Assembly (NCBI RefSeq): GCF_009914755.1
Contig: NC_060931.1
Reading direction: 5' to 3' (one strand)
Length of the DNA stretch: 64,000 nt
Source: the human T2T-CHM13v2.0 reference genome, Homo sapiens
Shown here: positions 41,646 through 54,500 of the stretch, piece by piece
How the letters are laid out: each line of letters begins with the position of its first letter
Position numbering within the stretch: position 1 is the stretch's first letter
Program-made: the position numbers and the translations under genes
The notes under the pieces: generated by a model
What the model was told of the DNA's origin: nothing
The model's database searches: none
Seen by the model: the letters and a program-made list of their open reading frames with translations, nothing else

Positions 41646-43009
41646 CATTCTCAGAAAGTGCTTTGTGATGTGTGCGTTCAACTCACAGAGTTTAACCTTT
41701 CTTTTCATAGAGGAGTTTGGAAACACACTGTTTGTAAAGTCTGCAATTGGATATATGGACCTGTTTGAGGCCTCCGTTGGAAACGGGATTTCTTCATTGA
41801 ATGCTAGACGGAAGAATTCTCAGTAAATTCTTTGTGTTGTGTGCATTCAACTCACAGAGTGGAACGTCCCTTTAGACAGAGCAGATTTGAAACACTCTTT
41901 TTGCGGAATTTGCAAGTGGAGATTTCTAGCCATTTGATGCCAACAGTAGAAAGGGAAATATCTTCAAATAAAAACCAGACAGAATCATTCTCAGAAAATT
42001 CTTTGTGATGTGTGCGTTCAACTCACATAGTTTAACCTTTCTTTTCATAGAGCAGTTTGGAAACACTCTGTTTGTAAAGTCTGCAAGTGGATATATGGAC
42101 CGCATTGAGGCCTTCGTTGGAAACGGGATATCTTCATTTCATGCTAAACAGAAGAATTCTCAGTAACTTCTTTGTGCTGTGTGTATTCAACTCACAGAGT
42201 GGAACGTCCCTTTGCACAGAGCAGATTTGAAACACTCTTTTTGTGGAGTTTGCAAGTGGAGATTTCAAGCGATTTGATGCCAACAGTAGAAAACGAAGTA
42301 TCTTCAAATAAAAACTAGACAGAATCATTCTCAGAAACTACTTTGTGATGTGTGCCTTCAACTCACAGAGTTTAACCTTTCTTTTCTTAGAGCAGCTTAG
42401 AAACACTCTGCTTGTTATGTCTGCAAGTTGATATTTGGACCTCTTTGAGGCCTTCGTTGCAAACGGGGTTTCTTCCTTTAATGCTAGACTAAGAAGAGTT
42501 CTCAGTAACTTTTTTGTGTTGTGTGTATTCAACTCACAGAGTTGAACCTTGCTTTAGAGAGAGCAGATTTGAAACACTCTTGCTGTGGCATTTTCAGGTG
42601 GAGATTTCAAGCGATTTGAGGACAATTGCAGAAAAGGAAATATCTTCGTATAATAACCAGACAGAATCATTCTCAGAAAGTGCTTTGTGATGTGTGCCTT
42701 CAACTCACAGAGTTTAACCTTTCTTTTCTTAGAGCAGTTTAGAAACACTCTGCTTGTTATGTCTGCAAGTGGATATTTGGACCTCTTTGAGGCCTTCGTT
42801 GCAAACGGGGTTTCTTCCTTTCATGCTAGACTAAGAAGAGTTCTCAGTAACTTTTTTGTGTTGTGTGTATTCAACTCACAGAGTTGAACCTTGCTTTAGA
42901 GAGAGCAGATTTGAAACACTCTCGCTGTGGAATTTTCAGGTGGAGATTTCAAGCGATTTGAGGACAATTGCAGAAAAGGAAATATCTTCGTATAATAACC
43001 AGACAGAAT
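41646..43009 (+). repeat. 8-mer variant HOR (1364 bp); extra hybrid M1/M5 + M6 dimer at 42668-43009
   Basis: ORF spacing 42134 to 43498 is 1364. The monomer at 42668 starts as M1 (AGAAAGTGCTTTG) and continues as M5 (TGCCTTC...CTTAGAGCAGTTTAGAAAC...TTGCAAACGGGG). Confidence 0.95.
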
Positions 43010-46000
43010 CATTCTCAGAAAGTGCTTTGTGATGTGTGCGTTCAACTCACAGAGTTTAACCTTTCTTTTCATAGAGGAGTTTGGAAACACACTGTTTGTA
43101 AAGTCTGCAATTGGATATATGGACCTGTTTGAGGCCTCCGTTGGAAACGGGATTTCTTCATTGAATGCTAGACGGAAGAATTCTCAGTAAATTCTTTGTG
43201 TTGTGTGCATTCAACTCACAGAGTGGAACGTCCCTTTAGACAGAGCAGATTTGAAACACTCTTTTTGCGGAATTTGCAAGTGGAGATTTCTAGCCATTTG
43301 ATGTCAACAGTAGAAAGGGAAATATCTTCAAATAAAAACCAGACAGAATCATTCTCAGAAAATTCTTTGTGATGTGTGCGTTCAACTCACATAGTTTAAC
43401 CTTTCTTTTCATAGAGCAGTTTGGAAACACTCTGTTTGTAAAGTCTGCAAGTGGATATATGGACCGCATTGAGACCTTCGTTGGAAACGGGATATCTTCA
43501 TTTCATGCTAAACAGAAGAATTCTCAGTAACTTCTTTGTGCTGTGTGTATTCAACTCACAGAGTGGAACGTCCCTTTGCACAGAGCAGATTTGAAACACT
43601 CTTTTTGTGGAGTTTGCAAGTGGAGATTTCAAGCGATTTGATGCCAACAGTAGAAAACGAAGTATCTTCAAATAAAAACTAGACAGAATCATTCTCAGAA
43701 ACTACTTTGTGATGTGTGCCTTCAACTCACAGAGTTTAACCTTTCTTTTCTTAGAGCAGCTTAGAAACACTCTGCTTGTTATGTCTGCAAGTTGATATTT
43801 GGACCTCTTTGAGGCCTTCGTTGCAAACGGGGTTTCTTCCTTTAATGCTAGACTAAGAAGTGTTCTCAGTAACTTTTTTGTGTTGTGTGTATTCAACTCA
43901 CAGAGTTGAACCTTGCTTTAGAGAGAGCAGATTTGAAACACTCTTGCTGTGGCATTTTCAGGTGGAGATTTCAAGCGATTTGAGGACAATTGCAGAAAAG
44001 GAAATATCTTCGTATAATAACCAGACAGAATCATTCTCAGAAAGTGCTTTGTGATGTGTGCGTTCAACTCACAGAGTTTAACCTTTCTTTTCATAGAGGA
44101 GTTTGGAAACACACTGTTTGTAATGTCTGCAATTGGATATATGGACCTGTTTGAGGCCTTCGTTGGAAACGGGATTTCTTCATTGAATGCTAGACGGAAG
44201 AATTCTCAGTAAATTCTTTGTGTTGTGTGCATTCAACTCACAGAGTGGAACGTCCCTTTAGACAGAGCAGATTTGAAACACTCTTTTTGCGGAATTTGCA
44301 AGTGGAGATTTCTAGCCATTTGATGCCAACAGTAGAAAGGGAAATATCTTCAAATAAAAACCAGACAGAATCATTCTCAGAAAATTCTTTGTGATGTGTG
44401 CGTTCAACTCACATAGTTTAACCTTTCTTTTCATAGAGCAGTTTGGAAACACTCTGTTTGTAAAGTCTGCAAGTGGATATATGGACCGCATTGAGGCCTT
44501 CGTTGGAAACGGGATTTCTTCATTTCATGCTAGACAGAAGAATTCTCAGTAACTTCTTTGTGCTGTGTGTATTCAACTCACAGAGTGGAACGTCCCTTTA
44601 CACAGAGCAGATTTGAAACACTCTTTTTGTGGAGTTTGCAAGTGGAGATTTCAAGCGATTTGATGCCAACAGTAGAAAAGGAAATATCTTCAAATAAAAA
44701 CTAGACAGAATCATTCTCAGAAACTACTTTGTGATGTGTGCCTTCAACTCACAGAGTTTAACCTTTCTTTTCTTAGAGCAGTTTAGAAACACTCTGCTTG
44801 TTATGTCTGCAAGTGGATATTTGGACCTCTTTGAGGCCTTCGTTGCAAACGGGGTTTCTTCCTTTAATGCTAGACTAAGAAGAGTTCTCAGTAACTTTTT
44901 TGTGTTGTGTGTATTCAACTCACAGAGTTGAACCTTGCTTTAGAGAGAGCAGATTTGAAACACTCTCGCTGTGGAATTTTCAGGTGGAGATTTCAAGCGA
45001 TTTGAGGACAATTGCAGAAAAGGAAATATCTTCGTATAATAACCAGACAGAATCATTCTCAGAAAGTGCTTTGTGATGTGTGCGTTCAACTCACAGAGTT
45101 TAACCTTTCTTTTCATAGAGGAGTTTGGAAACACACTGTTTGTAAAGTCTGCAATTGGATATATGGACCTGTTTGAGGCCTTCGTTGGAAACGGGATTTC
45201 TTCATTGAATGCTAGACGGAAGGATTATCAGTAAATTCTTTGTGTTGTGTGCATTCAACTCACAGAGTGGAACGTCCCTTTAGACAGAGCAGATTTGAAA
45301 CACTCTTTTTGCGGAATTTGCAAGTGGAGATTTCTAGCCATTTGATGCCAACAGTAGAAAGGGAAATATCTTCAAATAAAAACCAGACAGAATCATTCTC
45401 AGAAAATTCTTTGTGATGTGTGCGTTCAACTCACATAGTTTAACCTTTCTTTTCATAGAGCAGTTTGGAAACACTCTGTTTGTAAAGTCTGCAAGTGGAT
45501 ATATGGACCGCATTGAGGCCTTCGTTGGAAACGGGATTTCTTCTTTTCATACTAGACAGAAGAATTCTCAGTAACTTCTTTGTGCTGTGTGTATTCAACT
45601 CACAGAGTGGAACGTCCCTTTGCACAGAGCAGATTTGAAACACTCTTTTTGTGGAGTTTGCAAGTGGAGATTTCAAGCGATTTGATGCCAACAGTAGAAA
45701 AGGAAATATCTTCAAATAAAAACTAGACAGAATCATTCTCAGAAACTACTTTGTGATGTGTGCCTTTAACTCACAGAGTTTAACCTTTCTTTTCTTAGAG
45801 CAGTTTAGAAACACTCTGCTTGTTATGTCTGCAAGTGGATATTTGGACCTCTTTGAGGCCTTCGTTGCAAACGGGTTTTCTTCCTTTAATGCTAGACTAA
45901 GAAGAGTTCTCAGTAACTTTTTTGTGTTGTGTGTATTCAACTCACAGAGTTGAACCTTGCTTTAGAGAGAGCAGATTTGAAACACTCTTGCTGTGGCATT

Positions 46001-49000
46001 TTCAGGTGGAGATTTCAAGCGATTTGAGGACAATTGCAGAAAAGGAAATATCTTCGTATAATAACCAGACAGAATCATTCTCAGAAAGTGCTTTGTGATG
46101 TGTGCGTTCAACTCACAGAGTTTAACCTTTCTTTTCATAGAGGAGTTTGGAAACACACTGTTTGTAAAGTCTGCAATTGGATATATGGACCTGTTTGAGG
46201 CCTCCGTTGGAAACGGGATTTCTTCATTGAATGCTAGACGGAAGAATTCTCAGTAAATTCTTTGTGTTGTGTGCATTCAACTCACAGAGTGGAACGTCCC
46301 TTTACACAGAGCAGATTTGAAACACTCTTTTTGCGGAATTTGCAAGTGGAGATTTCTAGCCATTTGATGCCAACAGTAGAAAGGGAAATATCTTCAAATA
46401 AAAACCAGACAGAATCATTCTCAGAAAATTCTTTGTGATGTGTGCGTTCAACTCACATAGTTTAACCTTTCTTTTCATAGAGCAGTTTGGAAACACTCTG
46501 TTTGTAAAGTCTGCAAGTGGATATATGGACCGCATTGAGGCCTTCGTTGGAAACGGGATTTCTTCATTTCATGCTAGACAGAAGAATTCTCAGTAACTTC
46601 TTTGTGCTGTGTGTATTCAACTCACAGAGTGGAACGTCCCTTTGCACAGAGCAGATTTGAAACACTCTTTTTGTGGAGTTTGCAAGTGGAGATTTCAAGC
46701 GATTTGATGCCAACAGTAGAAAAGGAAGTATCTTCAAATAAAAACTAGACAGAATCATTCTCAGAAACTACTTTGTGATGTGTGCCTTCAACTCACAGAG
46801 TTTAACCTTTCTTTTCTTAGAGCAGCTTAGAAACACTCTGCTTGTTATGTCTGCAAGTTGATATTTGGACCTCTTTGAGGCCTTCGTTGCAAACGGGGTT
46901 TCTTCCTTTAATGCTAGACTAAGAAGAGTTCTCAGTAACTTTTTTGTGTTGTGTGTATTCAACTCACAGAGTTGAACCTTGCTTTAGAGAGAGCAGATTT
47001 GAAACACTCTTGCTGTGGCATTTTCAGGTGGAGATTTCAAGCGATTTGAGGACAATTGCAGAAAAGGAAATATCTTCGTATAATAACCAGACAGAATCAT
47101 TCTCAGAAAGTGCTTTGTGATGTGTGCGTTCAACTCACAGAGTTTAACCTTTCTTTTCATAGAGGAGTTTGGAAACACACTGTTTGTAATGTCTGCAATT
47201 GGATATATGGACCTGTTTGAGGCCTTCGTTGGAAACGGGATTTCTTCATTGAATGCTAGACGGAAGAATTCTCAGTAAATTCTTTGTGTTGTGTGCATTC
47301 AACTCACAGAGTGGAACGTCCCTTTAGACAGAGCAGATTTGAAACACTTTTTGGCGGAATTTGCAAGTGGAGATTTCTAGCCATTTGATGCCAACAGTAG
47401 AAAGGGAAATATCTTCAAATAAAAACCAGACAGAATCATTCTCAGAAAATTCTTTGTGATGTGTGCGTTCAACTCACATAGTTTAACCTTTCTTTTCATA
47501 GAGCAGTTTGGAAACACTCTGTTTGTAAAGTCTGCAAGTGGATATATGGACCGCATTGAGGCCTTCGTTGGAAACGGGATTTCTTCATTTCATGCTAGAC
47601 AGAAGAATTCTCAGTAACTTCTTTGTGCTGTGTGTATTCAACTCACAGAGTGGAACGTCCCTTTGCACAGAGCAGATTTGAAACACTCTTTTTGTGGAGT
47701 TTGCAAGTGGAGATTTCAAGCGATTTGATGCCAACAGTAGAAAAGGAAATATCTTCAAATAAAAACTAGACAGAATCATTCTCAGAAACTACTTTGTGAT
47801 GTGTGCCTTCAACTCACAGAGTTTAACCTTTCTTTTCTTAGAGCAGTTTAGAAACACTCTGCTTGTTATGTCTGCAAGTGGATATTTGGACCTCTTTGAG
47901 GCCTTCGTTGCAAACGGGGTTTCTTCCTTTCATGCTAGACTAAGAAGAGTTCTCAGTAACTTTTTTGTGTTGTGTGTATTCAACTCACAGAGTTGAACCT
48001 TGCTTTAGAGAGAGCAGATTTGAAACACTCTTGCTGTGGCATTTTCAGGTGGAGATTTCAAGCGATTTGAGGACAATTGCAGAAAAGGAAATATCTTCGT
48101 ATAATAACCAGACAGAATCATTCTCAGAAAGTGCTTTGTGATGTGAGCGTTCAACTCACAGAGTTTAACCTTTCTTTTCATAGAGGAGTTTGGAAACACA
48201 CTGTTTGTAAAGACTGCAAGTGGATATATGGACCTGTTTGAGGCCTTCGTTGGAAACGGGATTTCTTCATTGAATGCTAGACGGAAGAATTCTCAGTAAA
48301 TTCTTTGTGTTGTGTGCATTCAACTCACAGAGTGGAACGTCCCTTTAGACAGAGCAGATTTGAAACACTCTTTTTGCGGAATTTGCAAGTGGAGATTTCT
48401 AGCCATTTGATGCCAACAGTAGAAAGGGAAATATCTTCAAATAAAAACCAGACAGAATCATTCTCAGAAAATTCTTTGTGATGTGTGCGTTCAACTCACA
48501 TAGTTTAACCTTTCTTTTCATAGAGCAGTTTGGAAACACTCTGTTTGTAAAGTCTGCAAGTGGATATATGGACCGCATTGAGGCCTTCGTTGGAAACGGG
48601 ATTTCTTCATTTCATGCTAGACAGAAGAATTCTCAGTAACTTCTTTGTGCTGTGTATTCAACTCACAGAGTACAACGTCCCTTTACACAGAGCAGATTTG
48701 AAACACTCTTTTTGTGGAGTTTGCAAGTGGAGATTTCAAGCGATTTTATGCCAACAGTAGAAAAGGAAATATCTTCAAATAAAAACTAGACAGAATCATT
48801 CTCAGAAACTACTTTGTGATGTGTGCCTTCAACTCACAGAGTTTAACCTTTCTTTTCTTAGAGCAGCTTAGAAACACTCTGCTTGTTATGTCTGCAAGTG
48901 GATATTTGGACCTCTTTGAGGCCTTCGTTGCAAACGGGGTTTCTTCCTTTAATGCTAGACTAAGAAGAGTTCTCAGTAACTTTTTTGTGTTGTGTGTATT

Positions 49001-50160
49001 CAACTCACAGAGTTGAACCTTGCTTGAGAGAGAGCAGATTTGAAACATTCTCGCTGTGGCATTTTCAGGTGGAGATTTCAAGCGATTTGAGGACAATTGC
49101 AGAAAAGGAAATATCTTCGTATAATAACCAGACAGAATCATTCTCAGAAAGTGCTTTGTGATGTGTGCGTTCAACTCACAGAGTTTAACCTTTCTTTTCA
49201 TAGAGGAGTTTGGAAACACACTGTTTGTAAAGTCTGCAATTGGATATATGGACCTGTTTGAGGCCTTCGTTGGAAACGGGATTTCTTCATTGAATGCTAG
49301 ACGGAAGAATTCTCAGTAAATTCTTTGTGTTGTGTGCATTCAACTCACAGAGTGGAACGTCCCTTTAGACAGAGCAGATTTGAAACACTCTTTTTGCGGA
49401 ATTTGCAAGTGGAGATTTCTAGCCATTTGATGCCAACAGTAGAAAGGGAAATATCTTCAAATAAAAACCAGACAGAATCATTCTCAGAAAATTCTTTGTG
49501 ATGTGTGCGTTCAACTCACATAGTTTAACCTTTCTTTTCATAGAGCAGTTTGGAAACACTCTGTTTGTAAAGTCTGCAAGTGGATATATGGACCGCATTG
49601 AGGCCTTCGTTGGAAACGGGATTTCTTCATTTCATGCTAGACAGAAGAATTCTCAGTAACTTCTTTGTGCTGTGTGTATTCAACTCACAGAGTGGAACGT
49701 CCCTTTGCACAGAGCAGATTTGAAACACTCTTTTTGTGGAGTTTGCAAGTGGAGATTTCAAGCGATTTGATGCCAACAGTAGAAAAGGAAATATCTTCAA
49801 ATAAAAACTAGACAGAATCATTCTCAGAAACTACTTTGTGATGTGTGCCTTCAACTCACAGAGTTTAACCTTTCTTTTCTTAGAGCAGTTTAGAAACACT
49901 CTGCTTGTTATGTCTGCAAGTGGATATTTGGACCTCTTTGAGGCCTTCGTTGCAAACGGGGTTTCTTCCTTTAATGCTAGACTAAGAAGAGTTCTCAGTA
50001 ACTTTTTTGTGTTGTGTGTATTCAACTCACAGAGTTGAACCTTGCTTTAGAGAGAGCAGATTTGAAACACTCTCGCTGTGGAATTTTCAGGTGGAGATTT
50101 CAAGCGATTTGAGGACAATTGCAGAAAAGGAAATATCTTCGTATAATAACCAGACAGAAT

Positions 50161-51524
50161 CATTCTCAGAAAGTGCTTTGTGATGTGTGCGTTCAACTCA
50201 CAGAGTTTAACCTTTCTTTTCATAGAGGAGTTTGGAAACACACTGTTTGTAAAGTCTGCAATTGGATATATGGACCTGTTTGAGGCCTCCGTTGGAAACG
50301 GGATTTCTTCATTGAATGCTAGACGGAAGAATTCTCAGTAAATTCTTTGTGTTGTGTGCATTCAACTCACAGAGTGGAACGTCCCTTTAGACAGAGCAGA
50401 TTTGAAACACTCTTTTTGCGGAATTTGCAAGTGGAGATTTCTAGCCATTTGATGCCAACAGTAGAAAGGGAAATATCTTCAAATAAAAACCAGACAGAAT
50501 CATTCTCAGAAAATTCTTTGTGATGTGTGCGTTCAACTCACATAGTTTAACCTTTCTTTTCATAGAGCAGTTTGGAAACACTCTGTTTGTAAAGTCTGCA
50601 AGTGGATATATGGACCGCATTGAGGCCTTCGTTGGAAACGGGATATCTTCATTTCATGCTAAACAGAAGAATTCTCAGTAACTTCTTTGTGCTGTGTGTA
50701 TTCAACTCACAGAGTGGAACGTCCCTTTGCACAGAGCAGATTTGAAACACTCTTTTTGTGGAGTTTGCAAGTGGAGATTTCAAGCGATTTGATGCCAACA
50801 GTAGAAAACGAAGTATCTTCAAATAAAAACTAGACAGAATCATTCTCAGAAACTACTTTGTGATGTGTGCCTTCAACTCACAGAGTTTAACCTTTCTTTT
50901 CTTAGAGCAGCTTAGAAACACTCTGCTTGTTATGTCTGCAAGTTGATATTTGGACCTCTTTGAGGCCTTCGTTGCAAACGGGGTTTCTTCCTTTAATGCT
51001 AGACTAAGAAGAGTTCTCAGTAACTTTTTTGTGTTGTGTGTATTCAACTCACAGAGTTGAACCTTGCTTTAGAGAGAGCAGATTTGAAACACTCTTGCTG
51101 TGGCATTTTCAGGTGGAGATTTCAAGCGATTTGAGGACAATTGCAGAAAAGGAAATATCTTCGTATAATAACCAGACAGAATCATTCTCAGAAAGTGCTT
51201 TGTGATGTGTGCCTTCAACTCACAGAGTTTAACCTTTCTTTTCTTAGAGCAGTTTAGAAACACTCTGCTTGTTATGTCTGCAAGTGGATATTTGGACCTC
51301 TTTGAGGCCTTCGTTGCAAACGGGGTTTCTTCCTTTCATGCTAGACTAAGAAGAGTTCTCAGTAACTTTTTTGTGTTGTGTGTATTCAACTCACAGAGTT
51401 GAACCTTGCTTTAGAGAGAGCAGATTTGAAACACTCTCGCTGTGGAATTTTCAGGTGGAGATTTCAAGCGATTTGAGGACAATTGCAGAAAAGGAAATAT
51501 CTTCGTATAATAACCAGACAGAAT
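50161..51524 (+). repeat. Second copy of the 8-mer variant HOR; extra dimer at 51183-51524
   Basis: Same hybrid junction 8515 bp downstream; ORF spacing 50649 to 52013 is 1364. Confidence 0.95.
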
Positions 51525-54500
51525 CATTCTCAGAAAGTGCTTTGTGATGTGTGCGTTCAACTCACAGAGTTTAACCTTTCTTTTCATAGAGGAGTTTGGA
51601 AACACACTGTTTGTAAAGTCTGCAATTGGATATATGGACCTGTTTGAGGCCTCCGTTGGAAACGGGATTTCTTCATTGAATGCTAGACGGAAGAATTCTC
51701 AGTAAATTCTTTGTGTTGTGTGCATTCAACTCACAGAGTGGAACGTCCCTTTAGACAGAGCAGATTTGAAACACTCTTTTTGCGGAATTTGCAAGTGGAG
51801 ATTTCTAGCCATTTGATGTCAACAGTAGAAAGGGAAATATCTTCAAATAAAAACCAGACAGAATCATTCTCAGAAAATTCTTTGTGATGTGTGCGTTCAA
51901 CTCACATAGTTTAACCTTTCTTTTCATAGAGCAGTTTGGAAACACTCTGTTTGTAAAGTCTGCAAGTGGATATATGGACCGCATTGAGACCTTCGTTGGA
52001 AACGGGATATCTTCATTTCATGCTAAACAGAAGAATTCTCAGTAACTTCTTTGTGCTGTGTGTATTCAACTCACAGAGTGGAACGTCCCTTTGCACAGAG
52101 CAGATTTGAAACACTCTTTTTGTGGAGTTTGCAAGTGGAGATTTCAAGCGATTTGATGCCAACAGTAGAAAACGAAGTATCTTCAAATAAAAACTAGACA
52201 GAATCATTCTCAGAAACTACTTTGTGATGTGTGCCTTCAACTCACAGAGTTTAACCTTTCTTTTCTTAGAGCAGCTTAGAAACACTCTGCTTGTTATGTC
52301 TGCAAGTTGATATTTGGACCTCTTTGAGGCCTTCGTTGCAAACGGGGTTTCTTCCTTTAATGCTAGACTAAGAAGTGTTCTCAGTAACTTTTTTGTGTTG
52401 TGTGTATTCAACTCACAGAGTTGAACCTTGCTTTAGAGAGAGCAGATTTGAAACACTCTTGCTGTGGCATTTTCAGGTGGAGATTTCAAGCGATTTGAGG
52501 ACAATTGCAGAAAAGGAAATATCTTCGTATAATAACCAGACAGAATCATTCTCAGAAAGTGCTTTGTGATGTGTGCGTTCAACTCACAGAGTTTAACCTT
52601 TCTTTTCATAGAGGAGTTTGGAAACACACTGTTTGTAATGTCTGCAATTGGATATATGGACCTGTTTGAGGCCTTCGTTGGAAACGGGATTTCTTCATTG
52701 AATGCTAGACGGAAGAATTCTCAGTAAATTCTTTGTGTTGTGTGCATTCAACTCACAGAGTGGAACGTCCCTTTAGACAGAGCAGATTTGAAACACTCTT
52801 TTTGCGGAATTTGCAAGTGGAGATTTCTAGCCATTTGATGCCAACAGTAGAAAGGGAAATATCTTCAAATAAAAACCAGACAGAATCATTCTCAGAAAAT
52901 TCTTTGTGATGTGTGCGTTCAACTCACATAGTTTAACCTTTCTTTTCATAGAGCAGTTTGGAAACACTCTGTTTGTAAAGTCTGCAAGTGGATATATGGA
53001 CCGCATTGAGGCCTTCGTTGGAAACGGGATTTCTTCATTTCATGCTAGACAGAAGAATTCTCAGTAACTTCTTTGTGCTGTGTGTATTCAACTCACAGAG
53101 TGGAACGTCCCTTTACACAGAGCAGATTTGAAACACTCTTTTTGTGGAGTTTGCAAGTGGAGATTTCAAGCGATTTGATGCCAACAGTAGAAAAGGAAAT
53201 ATCTTCAAATAAAAACTAGACAGAATCATTCTCAGAAACTACTTTGTGATGTGTGCCTTCAACTCACAGAGTTTAACCTTTCTTTTCTTAGAGCAGTTTA
53301 GAAACACTCTGCTTGTTATGTCTGCAAGTGGATATTTGGACCTCTTTGAGGCCTTCGTTGCAAACGGGGTTTCTTCCTTTAATGCTAGACTAAGAAGAGT
53401 TCTCAGTAACTTTTTTGTGTTGTGTGTATTCAACTCACAGAGTTGAACCTTGCTTTAGAGAGAGCAGATTTGAAACACTCTCGCTGTGGAATTTTCAGGT
53501 GGAGATTTCAAGCGATTTGAGGACAATTGCAGAAAAGGAAATATCTTCGTATAATAACCAGACAGAATCATTCTCAGAAAGTGCTTTGTGATGTGTGCGT
53601 TCAACTCACAGAGTTTAACCTTTCTTTTCATAGAGGAGTTTGGAAACACACTGTTTGTAAAGTCTGCAATTGGATATATGGACCTGTTTGAGGCCTTCGT
53701 TGGAAACGGGATTTCTTCATTGAATGCTAGACGGAAGGATTATCAGTAAATTCTTTGTGTTGTGTGCATTCAACTCACAGAGTGGAACGTCCCTTTAGAC
53801 AGAGCAGATTTGAAACACTCTTTTTGCGGAATTTGCAAGTGGAGATTTCTAGCCATTTGATGCCAACAGTAGAAAGGGAAATATCTTCAAATAAAAACCA
53901 GACAGAATCATTCTCAGAAAATTCTTTGTGATGTGTGCGTTCAACTCACATAGTTTAACCTTTCTTTTCATAGAGCAGTTTGGAAACACTCTGTTTGTAA
54001 AGTCTGCAAGTGGATATATGGACCGCATTGAGGCCTTCGTTGGAAACGGGATTTCTTCTTTTCATACTAGACAGAAGAATTCTCAGTAACTTCTTTGTGC
54101 TGTGTGTATTCAACTCACAGAGTGGAACGTCCCTTTGCACAGAGCAGATTTGAAACACTCTTTTTGTGGAGTTTGCAAGTGGAGATTTCAAGCGATTTGA
54201 TGCCAACAGTAGAAAAGGAAATATCTTCAAATAAAAACTAGACAGAATCATTCTCAGAAACTACTTTGTGATGTGTGCCTTTAACTCACAGAGTTTAACC
54301 TTTCTTTTCTTAGAGCAGTTTAGAAACACTCTGCTTGTTATGTCTGCAAGTGGATATTTGGACCTCTTTGAGGCCTTCGTTGCAAACGGGTTTTCTTCCT
54401 TTAATGCTAGACTAAGAAGAGTTCTCAGTAACTTTTTTGTGTTGTGTGTATTCAACTCACAGAGTTGAACCTTGCTTTAGAGAGAGCAGATTTGAAACAC

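Noticed and set aside
40294-49219. Longer 136-aa ORFs (40294, 48809), and similarly the 98-aa (45440, 53955) and 92-aa (4944, 57401, 59444) ORFs
   Set aside because: Each results from a single stop-removing SNV joining adjacent satellite frames; the pairs simply reflect the duplications.
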